NCBI GenBank assembly: GCA_965235115.1
Contig: OZ249451.1
Span: forward strand, 4,526,001-4,590,000
Direction: 5' to 3'
Length of the DNA stretch: 64,000 nucleotides
Origin: Laetmonice hystrix
Taxonomy: Eukaryota
Shown: positions 1-12,610 of the stretch, piece by piece
How the letters are laid out: the number at the start of each line of letters is the position of its first letter
Position numbering within the stretch: position 1 is the stretch's first letter
Made by a program: the position numbers and the translations under genes
Notes under the pieces: generated by a model
Seen by the model: the letters and a program-made list of their open reading frames with translations, nothing else
Databases searched by the model: none
Told to the model about the DNA's origin: nothing

Positions 1-1140
1 GAGAACCGTTCACTAGGCCAGACTGAGCAACCCATGACAAGCCACTTCGTAAACAGGTCGCAACACAAGGAATTTACCTGCCCTGGGTTCAGTTCCTCAT
101 TTAGTTTATCTACGACTAAGACGAGAACAATCGCTCTAATGAATGTAGAAGTATGAGAGGATGTGACACAATGCTCACTTCAGTAGGAACACATCAAGTT
201 TCAAGTCCGTATACTCAGGGAAACGTGAGAGCTTCCAAGACCAAGTCATATTTGTCCTGTGGATACGTCTATTCCGGCTCGCGAGATATTGGACTGGGAA
301 TTATGGTCGTGAATTGTAAACAGATCTCGTGAATGTCTTCCATGCCGAGCTTTTTAACGTGCAAACTCGTCCTTTCTCGTCCTTCACGTAAGTATGCACG
401 CCCCTTATAGTATACCCAATATAGGCAAAGTTTCAAGGGAGGATTTTGTCAGGGGGGGGGGGGGGGGAGTCGACGGACTTTCTTTTGGAAGAAACACTGT
501 ATGTGTGGGAGGGGGGGGGGGGAGGTGGTGTTGTTAAATCAGTGTCCCCCAAGTAACCCTGCAGGACACCTTAATGCTTGATGGGGTCGAACATACAAGG
601 TTCATAGCAGAGACGGAGGAAGGGCTAGGTCTGTGAGCAGCTGCATCGGCGTGACAGGCTCAGTTTTTTTAGTAGGCCTATGTATCTTTTTTTCACCAGG
701 AAGGTAGGCTTCAGTAGTGTCGAGTAGGCGTAGAGAGTACGGCTGACAATTGTTGATCTTGATACAGACGGGGATTGAGGCGCCAACGGTTGTGGCCAGC
801 TTGCATCTTGAGAGACTCCTGTGAAATACAATTTAAATGCCTAAATAAGTAGGCTAAATCAAATAACTAAATAGATGTTCAAGTTCTTGGTAGAAACGGC
901 ACTAATGGACCATCGAACATATGAAGGAAACAGGCCTTGTATCATTTGATAAACAAGTTAGGCCTACTTATAAAACTTAATCTGCTTCAGTGTATAGGCG
1001 GGATCACGTCAGAGGGCTAATTCTTTCCAAGAAGTCTCCAAAAATTCATAACGGTCATTGTCGAAGATTAACCTAGTCAGGTTTATACCACTCACCTGTG
1101 TTAATAAACCCAGTGGCCGTGAAGCATAATATTTGTGACG

Positions 1141-1412
1141 CATTTCATGCTGGCCTGCTTCTGTTTGCTAAACTTCATGCTGGCCTGCTTCTGTTTGCTA
1201 AACTTCACGCTGGCCTGCTTCTGTTTGCTAAACTTCATGCTGGCCTGCTTCTGTTTGCTAAACTTCATGCTGGCCTGCTTTTGTTTGCTAAACTTCATGC
1301 TGGCCTGCTTCTGTTTGCTAAACTTCATGCTGGCCTGCTTCTGTTTGCTAAACTTCATGCTGGCCTGCTTCTGTTTGCTAAACTTCATGCTGGCCTGCTT
1401 CTGTTTGCTAAA
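1141..1412. repeat. 30-bp tandem minisatellite, about 9 copies (AACTTCATGCTGGCCTGCTTCTGTTTGCTA)
   Basis: Near-identical units repeat with a 30-nt period; explains ORFs 1098-1439, 1101-1388 and 1135-1425. Confidence 0.97.
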
Positions 1413-2011
1413 CTCACTTCAATGAACCAGTCGCCGTAGGCCGACCATGCTTTTGAGACGTTATTTTCCAGTGTAGGCCTACTTTGGCTTTTTAAAACGT
1501 CAAGGTAGGCATAGTGGAGCGTTGGGAGGGTAAGGGGGGAGGGCTATGACGAAAACAGGCGGAAGAAAGATATTATTTTGAACACAGAAGCCAGTGTAGG
1601 TAGAAGGAGATCAATTGACATTATTGTAATTTTTAATTCATGTATAGACCAGGCTTAATAAGACGAACGAATGTCATCTTTATGTGAAGTCATATTGAAT
1701 TGGCTTCCAAAAATACCATCATGGGAATAGCGACTCCTGGGCTTCCGTAGTTTCGTGAGACTGTATCTTACGAGACCTAGTAACACCTTACTGAATTTAC
1801 GTAAATCAGTTCCATTGTAAAAAGTCAATGGCGCCATACCTACGCGGGTATTAAATTAGTTCTTTAGAAGTTTTCAATGACATGATCAATTTCCGCGCAT
1901 AAAAGCCCAAATTCTTTTATGTTCTAAAGATATCAGATGCTCTATTTCAACAATATTTTATTCTTCCCCTATAGGCGTACTGATTCTTTCATTATTGTAT
2001 TTTTTCCACAG

Positions 2012-2175
2012 GTCTGGGATCGTTCGAAGGGGACATTATACCACTATGGACGCAGGACGAGTCAAACAGCCAAACTGGGGCCTCGAACCAGGAGCCACTT
2101 CCGTTGTCGGACATCCGGCGAAATATTCGCCGTACGGCGGCGCTGCTGCAGCAACAAGCCCCGGATCTACATACG
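2012..2175 (+). CDS. Orphan gene A, putative internal exon (GLGSFEGDIIPLWTQDESNSQ...LLQQQAPDLHT)
   Basis: Strong acceptor tattttttccacag| at 2011/2012 and donor ACG|gtaaat at 2175/2176. The frame is open and ends in phase 0, matching the phase-0 acceptor of the large exon at 2524. The start exon was not found. Confidence 0.5.
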
Positions 2176-2523
2176 GTAAATATCAGCTTCGGTTAGCATC
2201 AAGGCGTTGGTCGGGAACCTAGGAACAGTGGAGTGTGGGCTGGGCACCACTAAGTAAAACTATACGTATGTACATTGTCCTGCGAAAACGGAACCTCGTC
2301 CGATACTGGGAAGGCTAGGCCTATACGGCCAGTACGCACACTGTGAATGACCGCAAGAAACACACCAGTCCTGTCTTTAAAAAAACGGATTAAAATTATC
2401 GCTGGTGGCGCCGCCTGGCGAGAAATGACTTTTTAGATTAAATTAACTCTTTAAATTTTCACTTTAAAGGCTTTTTCTGAGTTTCACACAACCCCTTAAA
2501 TAACGAACTGTGTGATATTTCAG

Positions 2524-4299
2524 CTGGGCCGCCGACGTCTTCCCAACGTGTCCCAGGACCCAGGTGGGCCAGGAGGTAGCCATGGAGACACCAAGTCCCC
2601 GCTGGTCGTGTTCCTACCTCGGGTACAGCGAGAGGCCAGCTCTGCCGCCAGGTGGCAGGACGGGGCAGAGCAGCCGTCACCAACGCATCGCGCAACGCAC
2701 GATGATATCACGACCGCGTTGTATGCCAAGGATTCTCGTCAGACCACACCCCGGACACTCAAACATGGTCGGTCCGGTGAGACTAAACTAGGCCTACGGA
2801 TAATCCAGCAGGGTTCAAATATCAACCAGTCTAATAGGAAGACAGACGTAGCAGAAAGACCCCATAAAGGGCGGTTAAAATCACTCCCGGACCCCGAGCG
2901 CTTAAAAAATCTTTTAAGTCGAGATTTTAGCAAGCCTCCCCCACCCCCGGGTGAGAGGGTCGACCCACGGCTTCCCCCCGCCAAAAACAGCCCGCCTCCT
3001 ATCAAAAATCCGTTTGATATTTTCAAAAAGAAACAAGTTAACACAACCCGGTCAATGGATAACATGATATCCATGAAAAACTATGGTGAAAATGATAAAA
3101 GTGCTCTCATCAAGGATAACTTTGCCAAGTCTTCAAAGGGAATGACAAAAAAAGACAAGAAAGAGGTAAATAAGTCGCGTAATTTAGCTAAAGAACTGGA
3201 ACAAGTGCTGGATACTCCCAAGTTTCCCCCTATATCACAAACACAAAAAGTCACAGATTTGTATACTAGTAAAACTTCCACCCCAATTACTCCAGAGCCT
3301 GTGCTCTCAGAAGAGGAAGACATCCTGCTGGAACTGCCCAATATAAAGTTGAGAGATAAGGATGAGGAAGAGTATGTGTTTATCAGGGACAGCGACTCTG
3401 TGGACTTGACTGAAGTGACGGACTCTGCCTACTGCAAGTGTGATGAGGACACAACCTCACGTACCACGCCAAATGCCAACTGTGCCTGTCCAAACTGTGG
3501 CCGTAAACGGTCGCAGAAGACCAGCAGAGTTCCATCAGGTATCCCCGAGTACCCGCTTATCCCACCGGCCCCAGCCCTAGACCCAACCAGGCCAAGTCCA
3601 GCAGAACCCCCAGCCTCCCCAGGAGCTGTCCTCCTAGACCTATCCCAGGAATCGGACCAGGTGCAAACTCTGAGCACCCACCAATCGCTTGATGACAAAC
3701 TGAACTCCATTGGACTCTGGGGCGGACTCCCGGATGGGAAGGAAATGGAAGTTCCGGTTGAAGACGCCCTTCCAAAGATCCGGTTGCGGTTGAAGGGCAG
3801 TCAGATGGGGGTGTACCCGGACGGGGTCAGGGAGGCATACTTGAGGGCACTGGCCGTGGCTGAGGCCCGCCGACTGCCACAGGATCCCTGGTTGTACACT
3901 CCCCAAATCTCACGGCCTTGGGTGACCTCCTACTATCAGCGAATTCCGAACCCTGGGCAACCTAAACCAGAGCAGAACCAACTCCAATCAGAACAAAACA
4001 AGAAAAAGAAAAAGAAGAAAAAGAACCGTTTTAACGGAATGAAACATATCTTTGAGGAGGTCAATGTGGATGACTATTTTCCAGGCATGAAACACAATCT
4101 TCAACTGGAAGAGGATGATCTTCCATTGGATGCTTTAGAACAATCAGAGGGCGCCAGTGAACCAGGGTTGTCACCCAGACCAAAAAGATTCTCCATGCCA
4201 GAAAGGGCTGTGGTGCCCCCCATTGTGGCCGAATCCACTGTCAAACCGACTTCTTCCACTGAAAGCCGGACTTACAGTGGGTATCATACAAATATGTGA
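2524..4299 (+). CDS. Orphan gene A, large terminal exon (591 aa): Pro/Ser/Lys-rich, likely disordered protein with a Cys cluster and a poly-Lys NLS-like tract
   Basis: 1.8-kb non-repetitive ORF (track 2512-4299) preceded by in-frame acceptor gatatttcag|ctg. Contains YCKC-x13-CACPNC and KKKKKKKK. I recognise no family. Confidence 0.7.
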   Translation: MGRRRLPNVSQDPGGPGGSHGDTKSPLVVFLPRVQREASSAARWQDGAEQPSPTHRATHDDITTALYAKDSRQTTPRTLKHGRSGETKLGLRIIQQGSNINQSNRKTDVAERPHKGRLKSLPDPERLKNLLSRDFSKPPPPPGERVDPRLPPAKNSPPPIKNPFDIFKKKQVNTTRSMDNMISMKNYGENDKSALIKDNFAKSSKGMTKKDKKEVNKSRNLAKELEQVLDTPKFPPISQTQKVTDLYTSKTSTPITPEPVLSEEEDILLELPNIKLRDKDEEEYVFIRDSDSVDLTEVTDSAYCKCDEDTTSRTTPNANCACPNCGRKRSQKTSRVPSGIPEYPLIPPAPALDPTRPSPAEPPASPGAVLLDLSQESDQVQTLSTHQSLDDKLNSIGLWGGLPDGKEMEVPVEDALPKIRLRLKGSQMGVYPDGVREAYLRALAVAEARRLPQDPWLYTPQISRPWVTSYYQRIPNPGQPKPEQNQLQSEQNKKKKKKKKNRFNGMKHIFEEVNVDDYFPGMKHNLQLEEDDLPLDALEQSEGASEPGLSPRPKRFSMPERAVVPPIVAESTVKPTSSTESRTYSGYHTNM

Positions 4300-7200
4300 T
4301 GTTACAATAATTAACAATAATATTATTTATTCCACACTGAGTGGCACGCATGAAGAATGGATTGTGTTTCCGCGGCCGTATTGTCGAACTATAGCTGATT
4401 TATCGCATTTTTTTCTGGTGGTCATCTCCGTTTGAAGTCATCTGTAAAAGTCACCCTCGCATAAAATTTCGCATTTAATTATTTCTTCCGATTTCTTTAC
4501 TTTATATGGTACGAGATGGTTGGCTCTGATTTCAAAACGTCACACAAAAGTATGACGCGTTTTCCTGTTTCCACCTTTCCGATTATAGGCCTATTATAAT
4601 TATTTATCAGAAGTATTCCTCTCACTATTTGTAATATATATTCGGCCAGTATACTGGGGTTATAGATTTCCAATATCGCCATAGGAAACCCAGGGGAAAG
4701 ATCGCTGCTTTCTACTCACAACATGTGTTAACGGAATCACCACGGGAGAGGGAGAAGGAACGACTGGGTTAGGACATTGCAGGATTAAGTAATTAACTAG
4801 ACACGTTGTGGCGATACCACAATGGATCCCATCCCCTGGAAGTCACGAATATGACATGTTCAGAGTAAACTATGGCTCAATCTTGCACAGTTAAATACTT
4901 AAAAAATGCCCATGACGTCATTATGACGTCATAGGTCAGGCTACGTCATAAATCTTGGTGTCAAATGAAAGAGCATGTGTGACGTCGTATTAGTATTTAA
5001 TAGTAGGCCTAAGTATAGCTCATTGACAATAGGGCGTTTAAGTATGTCACGAGAATTCAAGAGATTTCGCGTTAGCGGGACAAGGAGCAGATAGCCTCGC
5101 TGGTTTAACATTGGGATGGCCATAGGGAACAGTGACAGTCAACTTTGAAATATTTTCATTCTGCAGTCAAGTCGCTGTTAATGTTGAGCGTTACAATACA
5201 TGATTACCGGGATGTTTACTCTAGGATAAAGTTTGTTTTATAGTTTAGAAAGTCAGATTGTGAATATACAGGCTGGTTTTTGTGAACCTGTCGGCCCTGT
5301 CAATGTTAATCCTATGGGAAAATTTTTGACGTCACAATCGCTTGGCGCACTTTCGGCGCTATCGTGAGCTGGTTTGAGGCTATTTAACGTCATTTGCATA
5401 TCCAGGTCACGAGACTTAAACCCCCTATAACGCGGAAAAAAGTACTGTACAAACATATGCGATCAAAATATCCCTCTCATGGCGCCCTCTATCGTGGAGT
5501 TGCAACCTGTCGGCAAAGAGCTGACACACAACTGGCTGGCAATGGACTGACAGGAGGCCATACAATAACGAATTTATAGTAGATCTATAATCATGTAACA
5601 ACAGAAATTGAGAGAGGAGGTAGGGGATGGAAGAAGGAAGAAAAGGTCGGATTGTTGTGCTTCATATAGTGTCTGCCGGAATCTACGGCCATGATGGAAC
5701 TGCCGATATCTAGGCTGGCGATAGCCTACTTGTATCCTATAACATAGCAAGGCATAGGCCTTTTGGTTCAAGAGACCAGAGATAGACGAATATGTGTCCA
5801 TAGCAAACAAGACATAGCTCATAGACATGGTTACGATCCTCAACCCTACCCTCTCTTACCTTGTAGGCCTACCATCAGGTCATTACTCAACCTTAGATCT
5901 ACCAACACCAGTCTCTATACGACCAATTACCCATATCTGCCAAAGTCCTTGCTATTTTAAACGATACAAATTTCATCAAGATATCTAAAAAACTCACCGA
6001 GTTATGAGTATTGCCTTACAACTACCTAAATGACACACAACCGTGCAAGATGTTGAAAAAAAGCATCAGAAAAAAATAGATTCCCATTCCACATGAAAGA
6101 GAAGAGGGGCAATCTATCGGATCGTTGTATTAAACTGGAAACTCGACATTTCAAGAGGTACGTGCGGGTGGCTGTATATATTTACCGCCCCAGTGTATGT
6201 TTACTTTATGAAGACGTGCAGTGCACACGTGTGTCTGTACGAACGGGGCCAACCAGCCCAGTAACAGCACGTGGTTACAGCGAACCGACCTTCCGCACCA
6301 ACTATAAATACAAGCACGTGTAAAGATAGTCAGGATATAGGTTCCGATATAATTATCGAGAGAGACAGCAGGGGGCGCCAAGGTCGTGAATCTCTAACCA
6401 ACATCGCCCTCCACGGTGGGCCTAATTGGTAACCAGGGAACACCTGACCAACCAGTCCCTGCTGGTCTGTGCGTATAGTCAGGATATACAATGTTATACA
6501 CGCGTTAGAGAAAACGTAGATTTTGGTGGTAATTTAAGCTGCACATGCGACTCATTAGTAAGATTTTAAACCTGATATTCAGCTGACAAGGACCGTAAAT
6601 GTTGATTGAAAATGGCCTGTCTCAACAAAAAACTCTTCCCTACGTGTTTCAGTAGAAATATATTTTTCATATATCATACACAAGTGCCAATTTTTATACA
6701 GTGTATAATACAAAAGCTAGGAGTGGAGTTTAAGGTATTTAGATCGCCACCCACACGACATGACGTATAGTAGGAATGACTAAACACGTCACACGATTGG
6801 ACAGAATACGTCACGTGACATACCATGTAATATGACGGATCCCCATGGCAACATACAATCTAGACCTTCAGGGGGTTCTTTTGGGGGACACACCACGACC
6901 ACCAACCAAAACTACACATTAATCTGGCCTAGAAATTATGTTCTTGAAACACAGCCTTATCAAATCATATCCGTACTGAAAGATGGCTGCCAAAGACGTC
7001 TTTCGGGTCTGGATGTGTTTTTTTGGGGGGGGATTCGGAAAAGTCAGTGTTCCTTGGTCGTTTTACGTGTAAACCCTTGACCTGTATCTTCTGTGCGAAT
7101 GTTCTCCCAGAGCCAGTTGAAAGATTACCGTTTCCCTGCGCTAAATGATCCTCTTACATATATATCGATTATAAGGTGGAATTCCACTGGAAAAACCGGA

Positions 7201-7536
7201 CCGAAAGGTGGTTATATAGGCACTAAATACAAAGTTAAATACAAAATAATAGTTAAATACAAGTGGTTAAATACACAAGTGGTTAAATACGTACTAGACG
7301 ATGCGCCCCGATGTCACGCTGGGCATCGTTTTCTTTCTCATGCGTCCGATTTTACCAGTGGAATTCCAGCTTTAAACAAAGATATTTTCCAGTCTTCCGC
7401 TGGCGAGAACGGTGCTCGGAGTCTCGGTGTTTCCAGACCATTGCTAGGACGGGTGTTATGAGTGTCCATCCCAGACCAAGCCGTGCCAGGGGAGGCAGTA
7501 TCCAATGGCATCATTATCCATGGTATTCGAGCGCGT

Positions 7537-8488
7537 TCACTTGTACTGACTTCTCTTAGATATGTACAGAAGAGCTGATCCCCCACGCAAGTCTTCCACA
7601 TTCCTGTTACTGGGAGACAAACAGTGAAAGATAAGGCTAATTTACCGATCAAGCAGGTGCATAGTACCCCAAAACATTACAAAAAATAAAAAGGTCAGGA
7701 TCAGTGATCATACATGTGATAGTATGTTTCCCATAATTAGATGAAAAACAATTATCTGTGACATTATCAAAATAGATACATAAAGCGCAAAAAATACAGG
7801 GGATGAAACGGGGGAATTGGCAGTGTAACAAGAACACATGCAAGAACAGCCTTGAAGAGGAATTTGATACGCATTGCGAAGTTCATATAAATACAGTCTC
7901 TGTCACTAACGGTGGCCCATTAGGGACATACGTTTTCTTCTCATCTCTTATTCCAAGTTCCTCCTCCTCTACCTGGCGTAAGGAACGAGAATCGTCGATA
8001 TTTAAAAGAAAGTAAAACCCCGGAAAATATATTGTTTTGGACATGCATGCCCCTTATGGGCCACCGTAGTCATTGTTTTAAGAAGAGAAGAGTAGTGATT
8101 TCTGATTTCGATGGCAATCTGTTCTTGCGTACCTGAGTGTGTATGAAGATTTGCGCGGCAGGTCCCGGTTGTAGAGAGTCTGTTGCATGATCTTCAGCTC
8201 TCTGTCCTCCTTCTCAAGTTGACGCCTCATGTATCGTAAGTTCTCCAGCATCATCTCCTGGCTGGTCACCATGGCGCTCGCGTAGGTAGTTGGCCGCCGG
8301 ACCTCGTGTTCAAACCGGGCGTCAAAGGGGGCTGCCCTGCTGGGGGGCTTTACCCCCGTCACATTCTGGGGGGACGTCTGCGGGTGTCCAGGTGTCACAG
8401 CCATGGTTTGGTCGGTCGGAACCGTTGTTGGTTGTTCTTTTGCTGTGGTTGGCTCCTCTGCTCCCAGTCCTGTTGCAACCTCTGCCAT
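7537..8488 (-). CDS. Orphan gene B candidate (about 142 aa, two exons 8488-8133 and 7609-7537) with a coiled-coil-like segment
   Basis: ATG in aaaATGG context at 8488. Heptad-like QEMMLENLRYMRRQLEKEDRELKIMQQTL. Donor CAG|gtacgc (phase 2) and acceptor tttgtctcccag| at 7609 give a stop at 7537. Unspliced, the ORF would run to 8078. Confidence 0.45.
7910..8066. mobile_element. Small MITE-like element with 20-bp terminal inverted repeats, possibly Tc1/mariner-type
   Basis: cggtggcccattagggacat (7910-7929) versus the reverse complement of 8047-8066 is 18/20 identical. TA follows the right end and TAA precedes the left end. Confidence 0.5.
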
Positions 8489-9270
8489 TTTTGCGGGTAA
8501 AATTTGACAACTTTTGACAAAGTTTTGCAACTTACAGCTAGAGCTGAGTAGGGGTCGTCTCAAGAAGGTTATAGTTACTGATATTTCTAGTCACAAATCC
8601 TGTTTTTGAAATGCAAACGAAAAGAGTCTGTTCCTTAGATCCGGTGCATGTGTAACAGGCCCGGGTGTGCAGCGTTCAAGGCCACGAAAGTGATAACCAA
8701 ACAGTTTGCGGACGTGTACAAGTCGGAGTGATACGGACGGCTATAAGTGATACACCAGACGACCTCCAGGGGGCGCCCATTACAGACGCTGCGATGAGCG
8801 TCCGGTGGGTCTGGGGAGGTGGGGGGGGGGGGGTGTTAGTGAGAATACGGTATAGATTCTCCCATGGTGATCCATCCACGAATTTTGGGAGAAAAAAACT
8901 GAAAAATGCTTCACTAAAATACTTCTATGCATACCCCTACCCTAATCTTAATCCCTCCCTAATCATAGGGACGTTACTCTGAGGAATAACCAAGAATACG
9001 CTAGAACTCAGGGCTATAATCAGGAAGCCGCAGTGCAGGTATTATTGTGAGTTCCTCAGGATAGCAGGCCGGGCCATAGGTTAACCGTACGCCCTTATGT
9101 CCAAGGGTAGTTGCTTGTCTGAATGCTAGTCTGAATGTCAGCCCCGCAAAATACAGCACATTATGCAGCAAAAAATTATCGGAAGCAGGAAGGGCAACGT
9201 TATTGTTAATTAGAAATGGCATGACAGGGCAGTCACGAGTACAGACCTATGGTATTATAGGCCTACGGAA

Positions 9271-9421
9271 ACTTTTTGTATTAAATACAAAATCTTTTTG
9301 TATTAAATACAAAAAGTTTTTGTATTAAATACAAAACCTTTTGTACTTAATACAAAAAGTTTTTGTATTTAATAAAAAAAAGTTTTTGTATTAAATACAA
9401 AAAGTTTTTGTATTTAATACA
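9271..9421. repeat. AT-rich tandem array of about 7 imperfect palindromes (TTTTGTAT-taa-ATACAAAA)
   Basis: Units of about 21-22 bp, each an 8-bp inverted repeat around a 3-nt spacer. Confidence 0.85.
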
Positions 9422-12144
9422 TACACACAAATTTGTGCGCGGGTGTGCACTGAGCTGTTTATTGCCCTACACCCACCCACACCCACACACCCATGGATGT
9501 ACATGTCACCACCAGACCATGGTATGCGATAGTTTATGTCTGATAGTTGTCCTTGGTTGAATGAACTGACTTCATGGATTTCAGATAGCTCATTGATAGG
9601 AGACAACTAAGAAATAACTATCCTCACCAGTATAGAGCAATAGAAATATATGAACGTCTGCAGGTGTAGAACTAGTAGTTTATTCCCCCCCCCCCAAAAA
9701 AAAATGTACAAAAATATTCGTTGAGGTAATAATTCAGGGGTAGATACAAGACTGAGAGTTGGGGCCTTTCGTATCATTGTATACGTAATCAGTTGTATGG
9801 AAATAGCTCATGTAACCTCGAGGTTAGGTCAGTTTGAGATACCGGTGCATCTTAATGACCGTGCAGCGGGCACGACCTCAACGTCTGCCTCGGGAATTAC
9901 AAGAGGCCATCAACACTGGCCTCGACTGGAGAGTCGTGGCGAATCATGCTCTAGTCTACATGTTTATCATATTTCCCAATGGCTAATCACGTTGAAGACT
10001 CTGTAGGCTACAGGGTGAGTGAATGAGTAGTTGGCGTTTAGTGGGGATCGAGTCAGCAGTAGCTATATCAGGGCGAGAACAAGGTAACTAATTCAGTCGG
10101 TGTATATCCATTGTGTGATAATAGGAAGAAACCCGCGCACCGGGGCGAACCCCTACCTTTTTCGATAGATTCCAAAGGATCTTTAAAGTGCCCCTTTAAT
10201 AAAGCAGTCGGCAGCACTGCTATGCAGGAGAGTGCGGCGAGACCGTGGCGAGAACCCAGAACCTTTTGGATGAAAGATTCCGTGCTCTATAACCACTGCG
10301 CCCCCCCCCCCCCCCGGACCGCTCTGTTTACAGGGTGGGGTAAATCTTGTCCTCTTGGTTTCAGACAACCTGTTTCTTTCCCATGCCCGGTTTGTATGCA
10401 TAATGAGGACAGAGCGAGTATAAACGACACCTTGCGGAACAGAGCTATGAGAAAAATATTGTTTTATCGTCAGAAACATTTACTCACCTGTCGTATTTTA
10501 TTTAAAAGAAAAATGTGTTTATGGAGAGAAAAGCAGTTTTTGCTCAAGAGTTAACCGTTCGGTTTGGCAGAGTATAGCGCCATCTGACGTTGGGGGTCTT
10601 TATCTCGGCTAGATCTTTATGTTCACTTGAGCCGACAGTCAGCTATAATTACCTTTCCTCATTACCTGTTATCGCCCTGAAATCTCTGATCGTTGGGTTG
10701 ATGTCTCTCACAGATGATACCCAGGTATATTTCTCATATCTTGCCCCCCCCCCCGCCCCCACTCTCGTCTGCTGAACGGTTTTAACAACTCTTTTATTAC
10801 TCCCAATCCAGCCACGAACCTGCTGGACCAAGGGGTTCCTATATTCCGCCGCCCCCTAAATGAGAAAGCCTCAGTATATCTTGATGCACCTTGATGAAGG
10901 GTAAGCACCCCAGCAACGCCCTCTCTTGTCGAGTGTTTGAACTACAGGTTGACGATGTCTTCCACCATTCGGGAATCCTCGGCCATATCTTCGAAAGTAG
11001 CCTCGGGTGATATAGGCGCCATTTTGAGCATTGCATCGCGGGTACATTTAGCTGGGACTCTCGCCAGCATGGCAGTGTTGGCAGTATTTTGCCTGCATCA
11101 GGCATAGAAGCAACTAAAATAGGCCTCCAGTGTTTTCCCCATCGTCAGTGCATGGGCAATATTACGAGAGTATCATGTTCATGATGTATACAAGTAGTCA
11201 TACCATCTGTCGTGGTACTGTCGTTCATGGGCGCGGCCATATTGCTTCCCATAATTTGATAAATTACCGTATCACGCCCATTTAGGTAAATTAGGTAATT
11301 GATTTTTTCAGTTCAAACGTTCCCCTTCATACCACAAAATATATATTTGCACACACGATGCCAAGAAGCAGGTTTCAATAATGCACTACTTTCTGGCTCG
11401 ATGGGATATGACGGTTCACTCAGTGCCTCGCTACACAGGTCGATTTCGCCATGTATCTGGTTGCCAATGGCGCCCATTTCACCCTAGGGTATATGCAGAT
11501 ATGACGTCATATGCCCGAGGGAATCCCGAATGAATGTCTTCGAGCCGACTCCGCGTGGATTCAGTGGAGCCACCTAGTGGATACAACACAAGCGCCCTCT
11601 AGTGTCAAAACTGCTTGCCGCGGAAATGCTTGCAAGAACCCAGTGACACCAGCCGAACCGGTGGTTAATCCAAAGACAAACACCCAGCGTAGGTTTAAAT
11701 AAAGAAATATCACTGCTTGACGCCCCTCTTCGATAGGCCTAGACCTGCTTTGTGTCACCGGTGTAGTAATCTACGGACGGCCGAAGATTGCCGAAGATTG
11801 CCGAAAGGATTCGAACGTGAGAATGCCCAAACCAAATGTTCGTCAAACAAGATCTCGGTACATGGCCGCACATGGCCGTACATGGCCGCATGTTTGGGGT
11901 CTCCCCTTGACGGATAACAGCCTACCGAAAATTAAAACCCTCATCGGGCGAAGCTGTTACAAAACTGGGGCACTGATTCTGATAAAGTTCGGCAACGTGC
12001 AGTTGGCCAAGTAAGGAAGGTGAAACCAGAGCAATTGTACACCAATGCCGGCAATATTTGCTTGTAATAATAGCAGGGACCAACTTTAAACGGGGGTCTA
12101 ACAAGGGCTAATGAGGGACATGTCTGGGATTCCCTATATTGTAG

Positions 12145-12610
12145 TCGCAGTCAGGGGTGTCCCGGTCTGGAGGACCACGGCCCCTGCAGGCTGCTGTCTG
12201 CCACCGACACGGATCACAGTCAGAGTCAGGGGTGTCCCCGCCTGGAGGACCACGGCCCCTGCAGGCTGCTGTCTGCCACCGACACGGATCACAGTCAGAG
12301 TCAGGGGTGTCCCGGCCTGGAGGACCACGACCCCTGCAGGCTGCTGTCTGCCACCGACACGGATCACAGTCAGAGTCAGGGGTGTCCCGGCCTGGAGGAC
12401 CACGGCCCCTGCAGGCTGATGTCTGCCACCGACACGGATCACAGTCAGAGTCAGGGGTGTCCCCGCCTGGAGGACCACCACCCCTGCAGGCCACTGTCTG
12501 CCACCGACACGGATCACATTGTAAGGAGTCAGAGTCAGGGGTGTCCCGGCCTGGAGGACCACGGCCCCTGCAGGCCACTGTCTGCCACCGACACGGATCA
12601 CATTGTTACA
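12145..12610. repeat. 75-bp GC-rich minisatellite, about 6 copies
   Basis: tcaggggtgt recurs at 12151, 12226, 12301, 12376, 12451 and 12535; the last interval is 84 bp. Confidence 0.95.

Noticed and set aside
7338-7652. Claudin-like GMWKTC...C motif in the minus ORF
   Set aside because: There are no flanking transmembrane segments, and the acceptor here fits gene B in a different frame.
7905-7975. Apparent exon VEEEELGIRDEKKTYVPNGP on the minus strand
   Set aside because: It is phase-incompatible with the gene B donor and lies inside the inverted-repeat element.
9001-9222. LGHKGVRLTY resembling the Ty3/gypsy integrase zinc-binding region
   Set aside because: The match is short, with no other pol motifs or LTRs nearby.
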